Source: Gonapodya sp. JEL0774
Lineage: Eukaryota
NCBI GenBank assembly: GCA_027604505.1
Contig: JADIIX010000125.1
Span: forward strand, 1 to 64,000
Direction of reading: 5' to 3'
Length of the DNA stretch: 64,000 nt
Part shown: piece by piece, positions 23,653 through 36,997 of the stretch
How the letters are laid out: each line of letters opens with the position of its first letter
Position numbering within the stretch: position 1 is the stretch's first letter
Notes under the pieces: model-generated
Database searches by the model: none
Seen by the model: the letters and a program-made list of their open reading frames with translations, nothing else
Told to the model about the DNA's origin: nothing
Position numbers and translations under genes: made by a program

Positions 23653-26600
23653 TTATTGGGATAAGACTTCATCTTGTTGTGTGAATTTCTCGTCGCGGTG
23701 AACTGTATGAGAACCGCGTGAAACCGACGATATCCTTGCTCTTGACCGGATCAGCACCTCCTGCACTTCTGGAGAAACACCATCCTTTTGTTGAGAAATG
23801 CCAATCGGAGCTGGTACGTGAACATGCCCTCTCATATCACTTTCACCTCGAGAGACCGACGATCCCCGTTGCCGGCCGAGAACCACCTTCGCTTCCCGAA
23901 GTGCATCACTCACACGAGCATCAAGTTCAGTAGATCCATTCGTTCGGCCTTGATGGGAATTCTCGCTGCGAGACACCGATGAAGCCCTTGATCTGGCGAC
24001 AACCCTTTTGGCCGCGAGAATGGCCAGATCTGTGCGAGCGTCGATCTCAGATGCGACATAAATATGATTGCGCGCACTAAGAAGTTCCGATTCTAACTGT
24101 TTCCGTTGAGCTTCGTTGAGAGCGAGCATTCGTAAGAGGTCAGCAGTGTGCATGCGTTCCTGCTGCGACACTTCTTGTAGAGTTCGCAACTCGTTGACGG
24201 CACTTTGTTTCTCAATCGTCATCGCTGAGAGAGCTTGCTTGTTTTCAGAATCAGGGCCTTGAAGAGTCTCCGGGCATCCTGGGAAGGTGTGTGTGTTGGG
24301 AGTGCAGTCAATATGTCGATTCAGAAAAACACAGCAAGCTCTCACCTTCAGATGGCACCTCTCCAACTGCACCTTTCGGTATCAAATAGTCGAAGTCCTT
24401 GTTCAAGATTCCAAGCTGGAACTCAAGCTCTCTCCTACGGTTCTCGCTCACTGCGAGTTCAATTGCAAGCTTGGCACATCGCTTTCGTTCGCAGTCTAGT
24501 TCATCCAACGCTACGTGATAGCTTTCATTGTACATCCCATTCTGTTCCACATTCGCAACTGTTCCTGTCTCCTGGATTATTGCCAGCTCGGGTACCTCCG
24601 TCACATTATCTGCAGTCTGTGTACTGACCTCAAAAAGCTGAGGCTTCGCTTGAGCACGAGTGACTTGGTGATATTCGTCGTTGCGTGAATCGATAATCAA
24701 TGCAGATACATTTTGTTCGGCTCCAATCGGGTCAGTCAGTGCTGCCATGTTCACCTCTTGTCGAGCAGAGTCAGCGATGACTGACTGAGGTACTGTTACC
24801 CTGTTATTCATACCAACAGACAATAAAGGTGTACGAGGCGTGGAATGGCCTCGCTCGAGAGGTTTATGAGCTGTCACAGGACGTTAGGATAATGACCAGT
24901 CGGGGGCCAGTTTGTAAATTCAGATCTCACACTCTTTTCCACCTCCGTTGATCTGACATTCGACAGGAGCAGGACATAAATCCACGTTACAGGATTTTGA
25001 ATCTTCGAACTGCCCCTTGACAGCACTAACATCGCTGTGTTTGGTGCTTTCAAGTTGATTCCCAAGCTCGACTCTCAGTTTGATCTCTGGCTTTTCCAAA
25101 GATTCATCATTTCGTGCTAATTTTGTATCACCCTCGTGCCAACGTGACACGAGTTGCCGACCATGTACATTTGTTGCAGAATGGCCCGTTTCTGCGACCC
25201 ACATTCCAACAATGTTTATTAGGGAATGTTCAGACTCGGTCGAGTCATGCGATTCTGACGATTTGAAGAGGTTAAAGAAATGCATGATAATAAATATTGA
25301 ATAAGAAAGTGCCGCACCGTCAGGTTGAATAGGGTGAAGTGGCGGAGCTGTACCTTCAGCACTTCCCGATGATGCTCCATTATTGCGTGCTTGTTCAAGC
25401 TCTAACTTGACCAAATCTAAGTGGTAGAACCCATTGTCCAGCACATTTGTTTTGGCGTTCACTTTACTAGCTGGATTGTCCAAGGTAGCGTTATCGTTTT
25501 CAATCGTCTGAGTAGCAGATTTCAGAGGTTTAAGCTCCGACTGGACGTCGGTAGACTGAGCGAGACCTGATGAAGAATAGATGCGATGTGTGAACCATCC
25601 AAGGTATGTCCGAAATGGCTCCTTACCGTCAGGGCGCACTTGCGTCTCGAACATCTCTTCGTCATGATTTGGGTACAAATCGAACTCACTCGGAGGTTGC
25701 CTCGTAAAATCCTCCTCGAAAACCTTTCGGTGAATTGACGCTTCTTGATAATGCTCTTTGATCGTTCCAGTTTCTGTCATGACCAAGGACACACCATTCG
25801 TGGCAGATGTACAATTGATAGGGTCGCTCAGGTCGACGAACAGCAGTGGCGTCGGAGACTTCGAAAGTGTCGGTTCGATTAATTTGGGATCTGCGAAGGC
25901 GAGACATCGTGCGGTTGTCAAATTGATTAATGCAATACCAAACTGGAATAGATCTCACCGTCATCATCATGCCCATTTGGTACGTTTGTGAACTGCGTTG
26001 AGAGCCCGACGTGCTGGTCTTGTGCTCCTTCTTCAATTGGCACTTCTTCCTGCCCACCTGGCAGAGTTTGTTGTGGACATTCATTTGGATCGGACATCCC
26101 ATGGATGGCTTTCAGAACAACTTGACCATCTAGACCACCATTCAGCTCATGCTCCACAAGTTGCAGGTTGGGATGTGTTTGAGTCTCCACAAGATCTCCA
26201 GACGCTTGGAAGACGTATGTATGTCGGTGAGACATTTCATTACACTGTAAACTAGATTGACTCGGTACAAGCTCACCTGGATGAGCCTGCATCGCATCTG
26301 TATTGGCAAAAAGAAATCCAGTTATTGGAACTTTGAAACTATGCAGCAGCTCGAGTATTCCACCATTTCATTCTCACCATTGTGACTGCATTGAGCTAGA
26401 CACATGTGGTCCAAAGATTTTTCGATGTTGGAGCACGAGCTTCCAATATGTAGCTCGGGATCCGTCTTTGCTCCGATTCTGCGTTCGCATGGAGTGAGTG
26501 AGAGTTCTAGGTCTTCATCTTGTGGTTGTTGATGAAGCCAGTTGTCGAAAACAACCGGGATAGAGGGTTGGTTCCTTGCGTCAGAGTCGGGCTGCGGTGA

Positions 26601-27431
26601 TAGTTGAGCTTTGATGGCAACGGACATACTATAGGCTCATTTGAAGATTCACAAATAAAAGCAACTAAACTCACTGTGATTTTCAGGAGCTACTCGACTC
26701 AGATCCTCACAGTAACATTGTAGTTGTGTCACGAGAGTGTCTATGAAATCTTCCTCGCAGCGTATAAGTTTGCTAGAAGCCTGAAAAGCGCAATCAAGAG
26801 AACGTATGTGTTCCGTGAAAGACATCTGATCTTCTTCAGCATCGCAGAAGAGCTTATAGCGGGCCGCTTGAAGATCCCACACGAAAGTCCACAAAACGTC
26901 AAGGGCTTCCCGAAGATCCCCGACATTCTGCCTTGCAATTAAAATTTCTTCATTCAAAGCGATCCTTTCTTCTTGCATGACAGCAAACATCTCCAAGAGC
27001 ACTTCATTCTCTGCTTTCCAAGCACACCGGTCGTATAGGAACGACTCGTAGAATTTTTGTGGCGCTTCGTCATGTTTTGGGTCATCCTGGAAGCTGACAC
27101 AAGGGTTATGATCTTCTTTTCGAATTCCAGATAATTTAAAAGCTGTGGCGCCCCTCAGTGGTGGGGACGTCTCCACAGCTATTGGGGTACCCCTCCCTGC
27201 GAGATCGTAGCTCAAGTCAGCAACCAACCCGCAGAGTTGTCGAGTAATATTCGCTAATGAAGGACCACCAAGGGTATCAGTTGGAGGGAGGACACAATTT
27301 CCAGTGTTATGGCGGATTGTGGGATCGAAATGATCACGCTCCAGGTGCATGTAAGCATAATCATAATGGACGTCTGAGAGCACAACTTTCGGTGGAAGAG
27401 GATACTCTCTGAAAGAACGTATGGCTGGCAT
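23653..27431 (-). CDS. Large multi-exon coiled-coil/disordered protein of unknown function
   Basis: A chain of long minus-strand ORFs (26649-27431, 26322-26627, 25927-26292, 24920-25921, 24308-24877, 23653-24372) with heptad-rich stretches and splice-like ends. The 3' end is uncertain. Confidence 0.65.
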
Positions 27432-28081
27432 CCCGAAACCTCTGTGTCGGTTGGTTTCCTGACATGTTTTGATAAATCACTACGAAGAACTTTTGGCAGA
27501 ACTTGTTCGCTGTGGAGTACCTACGGTAGCAGGAGCAGCAAAGATGCCCAGTCCGAAGAACATTTCCATAGAAATCGCAATCCGAATCCAAATAAGTGGC
27601 TCGATATTTCACGACAACAGCTGGACGCGAAAGGGCCTATGACTTGGGGAGTCAGGGTCGCGTCCAGGGATGTGGAGAGAAAAGCGGCCTATTTCAAGCG
27701 AGGACTAAGAGCTCTCGCTTGGCAACGTCCTACGCTTCGATCCGACTGGTGGTCGATTGAAGGCGTTTGATGATGAGGATATCCCAAGCATGATGGCCCG
27801 GCCCGACCTCGGCAACATACACAACAGCACGTTGTTTCTAGGAACAGGGCGTACGAGTGTATCGTAAAAAATTTTAAATGTGATTCTGGTTTTAGAAGAT
27901 TGAAATTAGCACCGTATCTATGCGCGGACGACCGAACATGTAATACTACCGTAGTGCATATATACATTCAATCCATTGATGGGGGACACATACATTACTC
28001 AAGTAATAGCGAAGTTTGCAATTCCGAGTGAACACGTAGCTGCCTTCTTACATGGCAGCACTAATACGGGACAACGAAATG

Positions 28082-31000
28082 TCAACCTTTCGCCCCCGTT
28101 ACAGTTGTACCCCAGTCCAACGTCCACGTTCTCTCTTCTTCCTTGGCCAGTCGGCTACCTCCGACCGCCCTCACCGCGCCACCACCTGGCCCGCTGGAGG
28201 GACCTTGAACGCCAACGACACCAGAACCCACAACAGTGCCAACACTCATTCCGAGACCGGAAACCAACCCTCCACCTCCACCTGGCCCGTCCCATCCGCT
28301 CGGTGAGAATCTTCCCGACGAAGAATGGACCACAGGAGCCGCAGGGGTCGGCGCCGCCCAAACCGACGATAAACCCGGAATCGTCTCCAATATAGAAAAA
28401 GCAGGAGGCGCAGGAGTCTTGTCCAATTCGGATTCGTTGTGGTAGTGGTGTGATGCGTTGTAATATGAATCTGGTACAGCGACCCCGTTGGACCCGTAAC
28501 CGAGATCCTGCTGTGCTAACGCAAAATCAAAATCGTCTTCCACCTCGCCACCACTCGCATAATGCTGCAGTCGCCCATGCTGTTGTTGCTGCTGCTGGGG
28601 TGACGGAATCCAAAGCGACGATCGTTCGTGTGCATACCCTCCCCGGTAGTCTGCGTAAACGCTGTCACCTCCGCTACCGTGTGCGGACGGTAATTGAGAG
28701 TCCGACCCCGCATGCCCGTAGTAGTACTCGTGTAGGGCAGGATATCCACTGTTAGGATCACGTTGAGGGAATGCGTCCACCGTTTGAACATGGTCGCTGC
28801 CGTAGTAAAGTTCGTCCGCATATTCTCCGGCATATAAATCTACGACATTTTGCTCCCTCCCATTTCCAGCTCCAGTTGATGTTACCTCGTCGTAGACACC
28901 GTGGCGATCGTCACCGCCTAACGGGGCGAGATCCTTGCCCTCAGCAGACGTCACGCGCTTCCTCGTCCGAGTTGATGTCACATGCAGAGTGTCTCTCGAA
29001 GGAGATGGAGGCCTCTGCATTGACACCCGTTGGACGTCGACCTCCCCAACCCCATGGTCTCTCGAGTGGCCAGGTCCACCTACTCCTGCAAAGTCCATCG
29101 AGAGCGACTTGCCGTGCCGCTTAGATGTCCCCGTACTACCTCCGCGAGTCTTGTGGGGGCTCTGACGGGCTGTTCGTGCCGGACCAGGAGCGGGCACTCC
29201 ACCTTTCGAAATACCACCAGTCTTCATTTCTCCCCCTTGTGCCACTCGATTCTCCTCCTGGAGTGATTTCAGCCGTAATCTTATCTCCTGCACCCTCAAA
29301 GCCACTGCGCCAATCTCTCCAACCCGTCTCTCAAGCACTTCCTTGAGCTCGACCGTGCGGCGCCGCTCTTCTTCACAGGTTGCTTCCAGATCTTTACGTC
29401 GAGAATCCAGCTGTTCGCGAGCACGCTTCGAAGTGTCTTCCGCGGACTTTCCGTGTTCTCTAAGTCGTTTTGCCTCGGTTCGAAGATCATCAGCGCGCAG
29501 GGTGGATCGCTCAGCCTCTTCCAAGGCAGCCTTGGGACAGAATCAGAGGTTGCAATCGTTCACAAATTTCAACTATCAGTGAAGCTGGAAAGTTTTATCA
29601 AGTCCTCACCTGAATCTCCCTCTCCATCTTCAGCTTTTGAGTTTCAACCTCCCTCCTCGAACCCTCCAATTCTCTCAATCGCTGTCTCACTTTGGCTCTA
29701 CCCCCTTCCTCAACTTTCCTGCCCTCTCTCAACCTCCCAAGCTCAGCCCTCAACTCCTCCTCCTCCCTCGAGAACTGAGCGTCCCATTCTTGTGACATGA
29801 CTTCAATTTCCATCCGGGACTGCCGCACAGAATCAATCTCCGCCACCAGAGTGGCAATCGTTGCGTCAGCGGGGTTAGCGGGAGGGGTAGAGATGCGTTG
29901 CGAAGGGTGGGTAGTCGCATCGTGCGGATCAAAGGAGGTGCCGGCTGCGAAGCCGGCAGGGCCAACGCTCGGGGGAGGATTCGAATGTGTGGGGCTAACA
30001 CCGCTGATCTCGGTGGACTTTGAGAGCGGCAACGTCGCTTGAGAGAGCGGTTTGTCGGTGGCAGGTTCCTCCGTACGCGAAGGGGGTCGCGTTACCAATT
30101 GATTTTGTGTCGAATCAGAGTCACCCCGCCAGGGTTGGCTCAACAACGCATCTCTCTCTGAAAGGAAAACCGATCAGTCCGTGGAGCAACTCAACAGCAA
30201 ACGAAGCCTGAATCTTCCAATGAGACATACCTCGCTCCCAAATTGGCCTCTCTGCACCCGGTACTGCTGTCCGCACTGACAAAGACTTCGACGCCGTTCG
30301 GAGATTGCTCGACCCTACAGCCCAGACACGCACCTTGTACCTGTCACAGAGATTGTGTACGAGTATGGTCCGGCAATGTCTTAAACTTATGACAATGTAA
30401 TATTACTTACAATTTTCCTGGCTCAAGTTTCTGAACTCGCACCGCTGTCTCCCCGGCCTTGGTCTCTCCAATTGCATGACCGTTTACCTCCACAATGTAC
30501 CTCATCGGCGCATCGTCGATCGAGGTTTCTTGCGAAGATGCAATCTTACCGCCGCCGGTGAACGCCGGTGCTGTCACTGTGGATCTGGACCAGCGAACCT
30601 TGAAATAAGTTTCACCGACTTCGGCTACAGCGAGGGTAGGTGTTGAAGGGGGAATGACCAAGAGGAATCCGCAGATCGCGTCAAAGTTGGCGTAAGCTCT
30701 AGAGTGAAAAGAAAAGTTCGTTGCAATGTAATGAGTACTTCCAGTCGGAAACCCGAAGACTCCACCCCAATCAGTTCCATTCCCACCGTGCCTTGATCTC
30801 CGAAATCCTAAACCTCGCATGATAGTTAATCGCGATTCGCATTTTTTGTATGCTCGCCCATACCCCGTGATCTGATGCTCCGCCATTCAGGTCCCATGGT
30901 CATCGTTTCAATCACCCCTCCCACCAACTCACATCCAAGCCCCCCTATAAGCGACCCACACAGTCCCAAAAGCGGCGCAGTGGGCAGCTACGGGCGCCAA

Positions 31001-31336
31001 AAAACCAGGCGGGCTCGAATCCCGCCAAGGATTCCACAGAGTGAAGCGGAGGAGCAACATGGCAATGAGGACTACGTAAGCCCTGAGGGGGTGGATGAGC
31101 GAAAAGAGAGTGGAAAGGGACGTCGAATTGGTTTTGGTGGAGGGAGTAAGCGGGTCTGCTAGGGAAATGCCTTGGATCCCGTAGACGAGCTGAAAAGTTA
31201 ATGAGCAGATGTGAGACGTAAGACCTTTCAAAGCGAGCAAATGAGAGCGTCCACCGCGGTGTAGGATTTCGACGGAAACGGCAGGAACAACCGAATCAAT
31301 ATCCCCGTGAACACGATGGAGGGCGCACAACTCCAA
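28082..31336 (-). CDS. Membrane-anchored fibronectin type III domain plus coiled-coil protein
   Basis: N-terminal hydrophobic segments, then an Fn3-like stretch (YFKVRW...YIVEVNG...LEPGKL/YKVRVWAV), then a long coiled coil and a disordered tail. The 5' end is uncertain. Confidence 0.75.
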
Positions 31337-32184
31337 CCAAAATACATCCGAGGGGCTTCAGGAGGATCTCTCACCATGCTATGTACAATGAAAGAAGCGA
31401 GGAACGACGTGATGCGGTATGGGACAAGGAGGTAAACCTATGAGTTTCAAGTGAAACGATGCAGAAACGAAAATGTTAATGGTGCAGCAACATAACGAAG
31501 CGAGCTAGCACTTCACCATTGTGTCTACAGAAAATATAAGAGCAAGTAATACGAAAAGCACTCCGGAACCAAGGTCCCATGCTTGCAGGCAGACAGTAAA
31601 TGTGAAGTACCTTTTGGCAACGATAGTGCCGAAGTCCAGCCCAGTGCAAACATATATGTAAGACCACTGACTCAGAGCCACACGACAGGAATTGCTTACA
31701 AGAAAATGAGCCATTCGAGGGGAAATGCTGCCCAGAAATTGAGAAGTGAAACCACGCACCACACCAGCGCAACCTCTTGGTGAGAGTTTGTTTGATGTCC
31801 ATAAGTGAGTAAGGCATATCAAACCGAATCTAGACATTCTCTGTACTCACCTAGTGACCTGTTGCTCTCCAGGAACGTCAGAACCCGTTCTGACAATGGT
31901 CCACTTCCCAACTGATCTGCAGGAGCACCACGTGAATGTGCAGCATCAACGTCGCTGGGAGGTCGCGATGTCTTCCACCGCGAAGACATTCCCGTGGGTC
32001 CAGGCAAGAGACAGTCGGAATTATGTGTTTACTGTGAAAGCCAATTGAACCACGCAGAAGAACCAAGACATGAACCCAGTTCGAATGACTATGTAACACA
32101 TTTCAAAACTTGCTAATCATACTTTCTAGAGGCCGATTATGTAAGAGAATATGTAACAAATGCGCAAGAGTAGGATGCCAAGAT

Positions 32185-33919
32185 TTAGAGCTCCTCTAGC
32201 TCTGTCAGCCGGTTCTGCAAATATCTCACTACAACTTCTGGGGCTACGCCTTGTCCCAAGTAAAATTCTCTCGCCATCTCAATCGGTGTCTTGCCAAAGC
32301 GGGTCTCCCTTGAGCGGAGCATGCTCGCCAATTCCATCTTCTCCAACCCCAGTTTACTGAGAACAAACTCGAGAACCTCCATGTTCCGTTTTGAACCCGC
32401 TGTGTGTAAGATCGTGGAACCTCTCCAATGAGGTGCGTCTGCATGCCTGTATGGCTGCACAATTGCCGACCGTATCAAATCGACTCGACGTTCTTCCCAC
32501 GCAACTTTCATAATCTCAAAGAACCACGCATTTTTGTAATTGAATGCGGCGTTTGATAGGGGGGTGACAAGCCACTTGTTTGTTCGAGCCGCTGCTCGAA
32601 TCAGACTGAGTGGCTCGACATTCAATTGCGTTCGTCGAAAAATTTCTTCACAAAGGTCATGGAGAATTTCTCGACGCTCCCCTGGCGTGGTATTTGCATT
32701 AAAAATGCAGTGGAGAAGATTCGAGCCGTTTTCATCGTTTGCGACTGAGGATAATATCGATGAACTGACACAATTCCCTTCAGCGGGAATCTCAAAACAC
32801 TCACAGACAAGCGATTCCCACCGATCATTGGGAATTCGATTCAAACTCTGGCAAAGTTGGTCCCACGTGATGCTGCTTATTTGCGCCAGGTGCACAAGCT
32901 CCTGGGGGAATGATCTTCCTCCTTCGAATCGATGAAGGATCTCACACGGAACAGTACTATTCGCTATAAAGATCAAGGCTACAGGTAAGCCAATAACTCC
33001 CCACGAGAGGGTAGAGTTGCACTCACCTCGAGGAGCTTGCTGTTGCCGTGTTTCCTCACGTACCATCCTACGGTACGTCTTTGTGCTTACACATTCCATA
33101 GGTGGCAGGTCGACACGTCCTGAACTTGTTTCAACCGAAATTGTTACAGAAGTGTACTTCTCATTCCCACTTTTCTTCTGGGCATGCGGTTTCTTCACTT
33201 TGAAGACCCACAGTGGGATCTGGACTTTCGCAGAATATGTCTTTGTATCCCGAATTCGCTGAAAAGGAATCAGCAGATTTTCTACGCTTTGAGAAGTATG
33301 GTTCCGGTGCTGTGTGACCGTGACCTTCACCAGAAAAAGAAGAGGGGGTGGTAGGGAGGAGTTTTGTGAATGCGACAAAGAGAACATATCAAGTCCTCCA
33401 CTAGCACAGCCCGAACTCCTGCACTACGTCCTCTTATCTTGAACAGCGCCTCAGCCGTTGTCCATTTACCTTTCTCAAAACCCCGGGGTTGGTGTTGCTG
33501 TTCAAGGTTATAACAAAATATATGCCTGGTTTCGTGGACGTTGCTGTGGGAATCCGCAATATAAGTTCGTGTTTTTCGGGGACTAGAATGTCTTTGTTCC
33601 GAGTGCGAAATTCGGAGTGGGCGAACGATAGTTTTGGGTTGGGGGTCAGGTCACTTCCAGGTGGCAATGATGAGCCCGTGGATGAAGTGCTCGCGACCCC
33701 CGTAGTTAGGACAGTACAATGTTCACTCGTCTTCAAAAAAGGGCCCGTGTCGGTTGAAGTGATCGAGGTTCCTTCGGAGCTCGACAAACCGAACTCCAAA
33801 GGCTCAATAGCATCAAAATTAAGCGGCGACAGATATGGATCCAGACTGCGGAAATCGAGATGCGCCGTTGGGAGAGGACTCCTTCGAGGGTCGGAAGCTG
33901 CAACCGATGATGAATCCAT
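32185..33919 (-). CDS. Protein with C-terminal ankyrin repeats
   Basis: Ankyrin-like motifs ENGSNLLHC, TPLSNAA, GSTILHTAG and FGKTPIEMA. The N-terminal exon is Ser/Thr-rich. Confidence 0.75.
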
Positions 33920-34114
33920 TATGTGCAACTCCCGGGGGGATGAACTTTCTCCGTGTTGGATGTGTTTGGGTGATGTGAATCACTCGTACGGAGCGCGATC
34001 AGAAATTGATGACGATTAAAAGTGGGCTTTATAAAATGGTGGATGGGGAGCTCCTTCCTTGGACGGTGCAAGCATGTCAATAATGACCCACTAAATATAT
34101 ATATTGTCATCCCA

Positions 34115-36270
34115 TTAGAGATGTTTAAACAGGCAGATTCTGTCCTCTCCCAGTTTCCACACCCTCAAGGTCTTGCAGCTGGAAGGTAAGAGCCATCCAC
34201 GCTCCATTCCCAACGCTTGACCGATTTGGCTGCATTGTGAAGCTCCATCTCCACACACCTGCATGGGTAAAGAGTTCACAAATATGCAAACCCTCGCCAA
34301 CTACGGGATATCTAGCTTACCTTTTATCTCTCAATGCCTCGCCAATTTCGACCTGAAGAGATTGTCGGACTCGTGCAGATTCATCGAGTTGAATCTGCCA
34401 CCGTTCTCGATCAGCTTCGTGGGACTCTTTGATTCTTGCTAAGTGCTGCGCCGACCTGAAACCACACACAGCTCATAGTATAAACAGGCGACTTCGTTGT
34501 GGAACAATACCGAGCGGAGTTCGAACCTTTCTCGTTCTTCTGCCACCTCCTCCTCCCTTCGCCTTGCTTCTTTCCTTGCCTTCTCCTGCATCTCACCGAG
34601 TTCACGAGCCATGCGACGGGAATCAACCGCTGCAGCATCACGACCTGCTCGTGCGGCAGATACCTCGAGAGAACGACAACTTTCACTGTGTTGTGATGAC
34701 TTTTAATGTCCTGGACTAGAATTCACTCACCTCCGTCCGTAGGTTTTCCACCTCCTTGCGCAGCACATCTAATTCACCCTCTCTACGTTCATATTCGTTG
34801 CTCGATCTTTGTATTTGCTCAGCTCGCTCGTTCTCAAGGGCGCGGACGCGGGCAGTTAAGCTTGCAGTTTGAGTGGCGAGCCCTAAACGATAGAATCAAT
34901 TGAAATCCCTTTCGTTGAAAATGACTCTTGTTTTCGCTTTCTCACGTTCGTTCTCGTCTCTACGGCGGATGGCAGCCTCTTCAACCGGCCCTGCCCTGAC
35001 GAGTCCGCCTAGTGCACCGTCGTCGAGGACCACTCCGAGAACAGCCGCCGCGCGTTCATAGTCCATTCTTCTCTTTTCCCACCACTCTTTTGCGTGCTTG
35101 TCTGTAACACTCGCACTGTGCTCTTCTTGAAGCTCCGCCTCAGCTTTCTTCGCGCGCTTGTCGGCGTCTTCCGCGTCCTTCTTGAGCCCAGCAATTTGCT
35201 CGGCCTGTGCTGCCACTTGAGATTCGTAGGCCGCGCACGAAGCGGTGAGGGTAGCGAGGGTTTCGGACTGCTGCGTGGAAAGAGCACGCAAGGACGTAAG
35301 GGAAGATGTAAGCTGTTGAACATGGGATGGGAGAGATAGAGCTGGAAGCAAAAGGGGGTTGCATCGTTGAAATATGTGGGAGTCCAAACTCCTAGGAATG
35401 AGCATGCGTTGCACACGACGTGAAGTTCAGCCCCGAATTCCACTTCACCTTGTTGTGCAAGAGGAGCGTTCCGTTCATTTTCCTGGGAAAGGTGTGTGTT
35501 ACGTCTCTCCAAATCGTCGCAGCGCGTTTGGAGTCCAGTTAAGCTTTCGGCGTGGAATGGGCTTGAGTGTTTTCCATGGACAAATCAGTGCACGACCAGC
35601 TCACCGAGTCTCCAGGTCTTCATTTTCCTTGACGAGGAGGCGTGTCTTGTCTGCGAGAGAGAGAAGATGGCGCTAGTGGAGAGGATTATCGAGAGCGAGG
35701 ATTCAATGACGATTGAAAACGGCGCGTTCATCCATGTCCCGAAAAGTTCAGTGTCCATTCGAAATGGGGGTCAACTAGTCGGAGCGATAGAAAACATCAT
35801 TGATTGCATCTTCATTTGAGAGTTGTGAATCCGGGGCAAGACCTGCAACGGTCTGGCCAGCACAAGGTAAAGCCTTCGGATACGTAGGCCAGAGCGCGCC
35901 GATTCGTGATCACCACTGATATTCTCGAGACCCTTTCCTTTGTATCAATTACGGCCGTGGGCCATTAGTTGATCCTCACTCGCATTTCCTCCAACTCCGT
36001 ATTCTTCGTGTCCTTCTCAACAGACATCCCCTTCTTTACTCCGACGCCTCGAGGTTCCGCCTCATGCGTCCACCGAGGAAGTTTTCTCTCAATGACGAAG
36101 GGGGGTTTCACTTCGGTCTCCATTTCATTGTGCTTGTTCTGGTACGGAGGGCGAGATGGAGAGCCTATATCCGGCCCGAATGCCCCAGGGGGAAGTCCAG
36201 GAGGAAGGGGTGGAATGGTCGAGTTGACGCGCGAACGGACTGATGATGTTGGAATGGGGGTGGAGGGCAT
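34115..36270 (-). CDS. Multi-exon coiled-coil protein
   Basis: Pro-rich first exon (MPSTPIPTSS...), then heptad-rich exons (QLTSSLTSLRAL...IAGLKKDAEDADKRAKKAEAELQE and RELGEMQEKARKEARRREEE). The 3' end is approximate. Confidence 0.65.
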
Positions 36271-36997
36271 TTTGCGTCGGTTGTATTTTCTGTCACTTCT
36301 GGACGGATTCTTCTCTGGTGTTGTTTGGCAAGCAGCTGCATACCCCCAACGGCTTAATTTCAGGATATTCTTCACCTTCCCAAGGTCGTGGGTCATTCCT
36401 TGGCTTGACTGATATAGTCTGATGCTTTAAGTCAGGACATTTTCGGGTAGGTTATGACTACTTTTGTCTCTGTTCTTCGTTGGCGGGACACGAACGCGTT
36501 TCTACTTATGTATCTACTCAGTGTCAAAACGATTTACAAGTTATAACCATCGAGAGGAAAGGCCCTTGAGGAAAAGCAAAAATGAGCGGCGCATGTTCAG
36601 TGCATCTGTAGCGTTGGGGTGCTCGTTGCCCACTCAAGAAGCACCTTCCCAACCGAGCCTGCCAGCTGGATTGTTTTAGATCCTGATAATCTTATATCCT
36701 GTCCCGGTCTCGCAAATGTTCAGGAAACAATAATCCCTTGCCTTGTAACAGGGGTGCAGAAACGACACGGAGCAGTGTTGGATGAAATCCATGCAACGCA
36801 CAAATGCATAATTAGTCAAGTAAGATTGGGCGTAAATCAATAAATTTTGAATCGGGTGTTGGATACAAATTTGAAGTGTGGCGGTTCTTGTTCTCCCTGC
36901 CAAGTATCCATGCCTGGCCTCACGCGTCGTGCCCTGTATTGTCGTTGAGGACTCGTCGCTGTTTTATCGAGAATAGGCGCTCAGTGGCATTGCATCC

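Noticed and set aside
31377..32110. Plus-strand exon-like pieces
   Set aside because: The splice-phase combinations I tried hit stop codons, and no domain was recognised.
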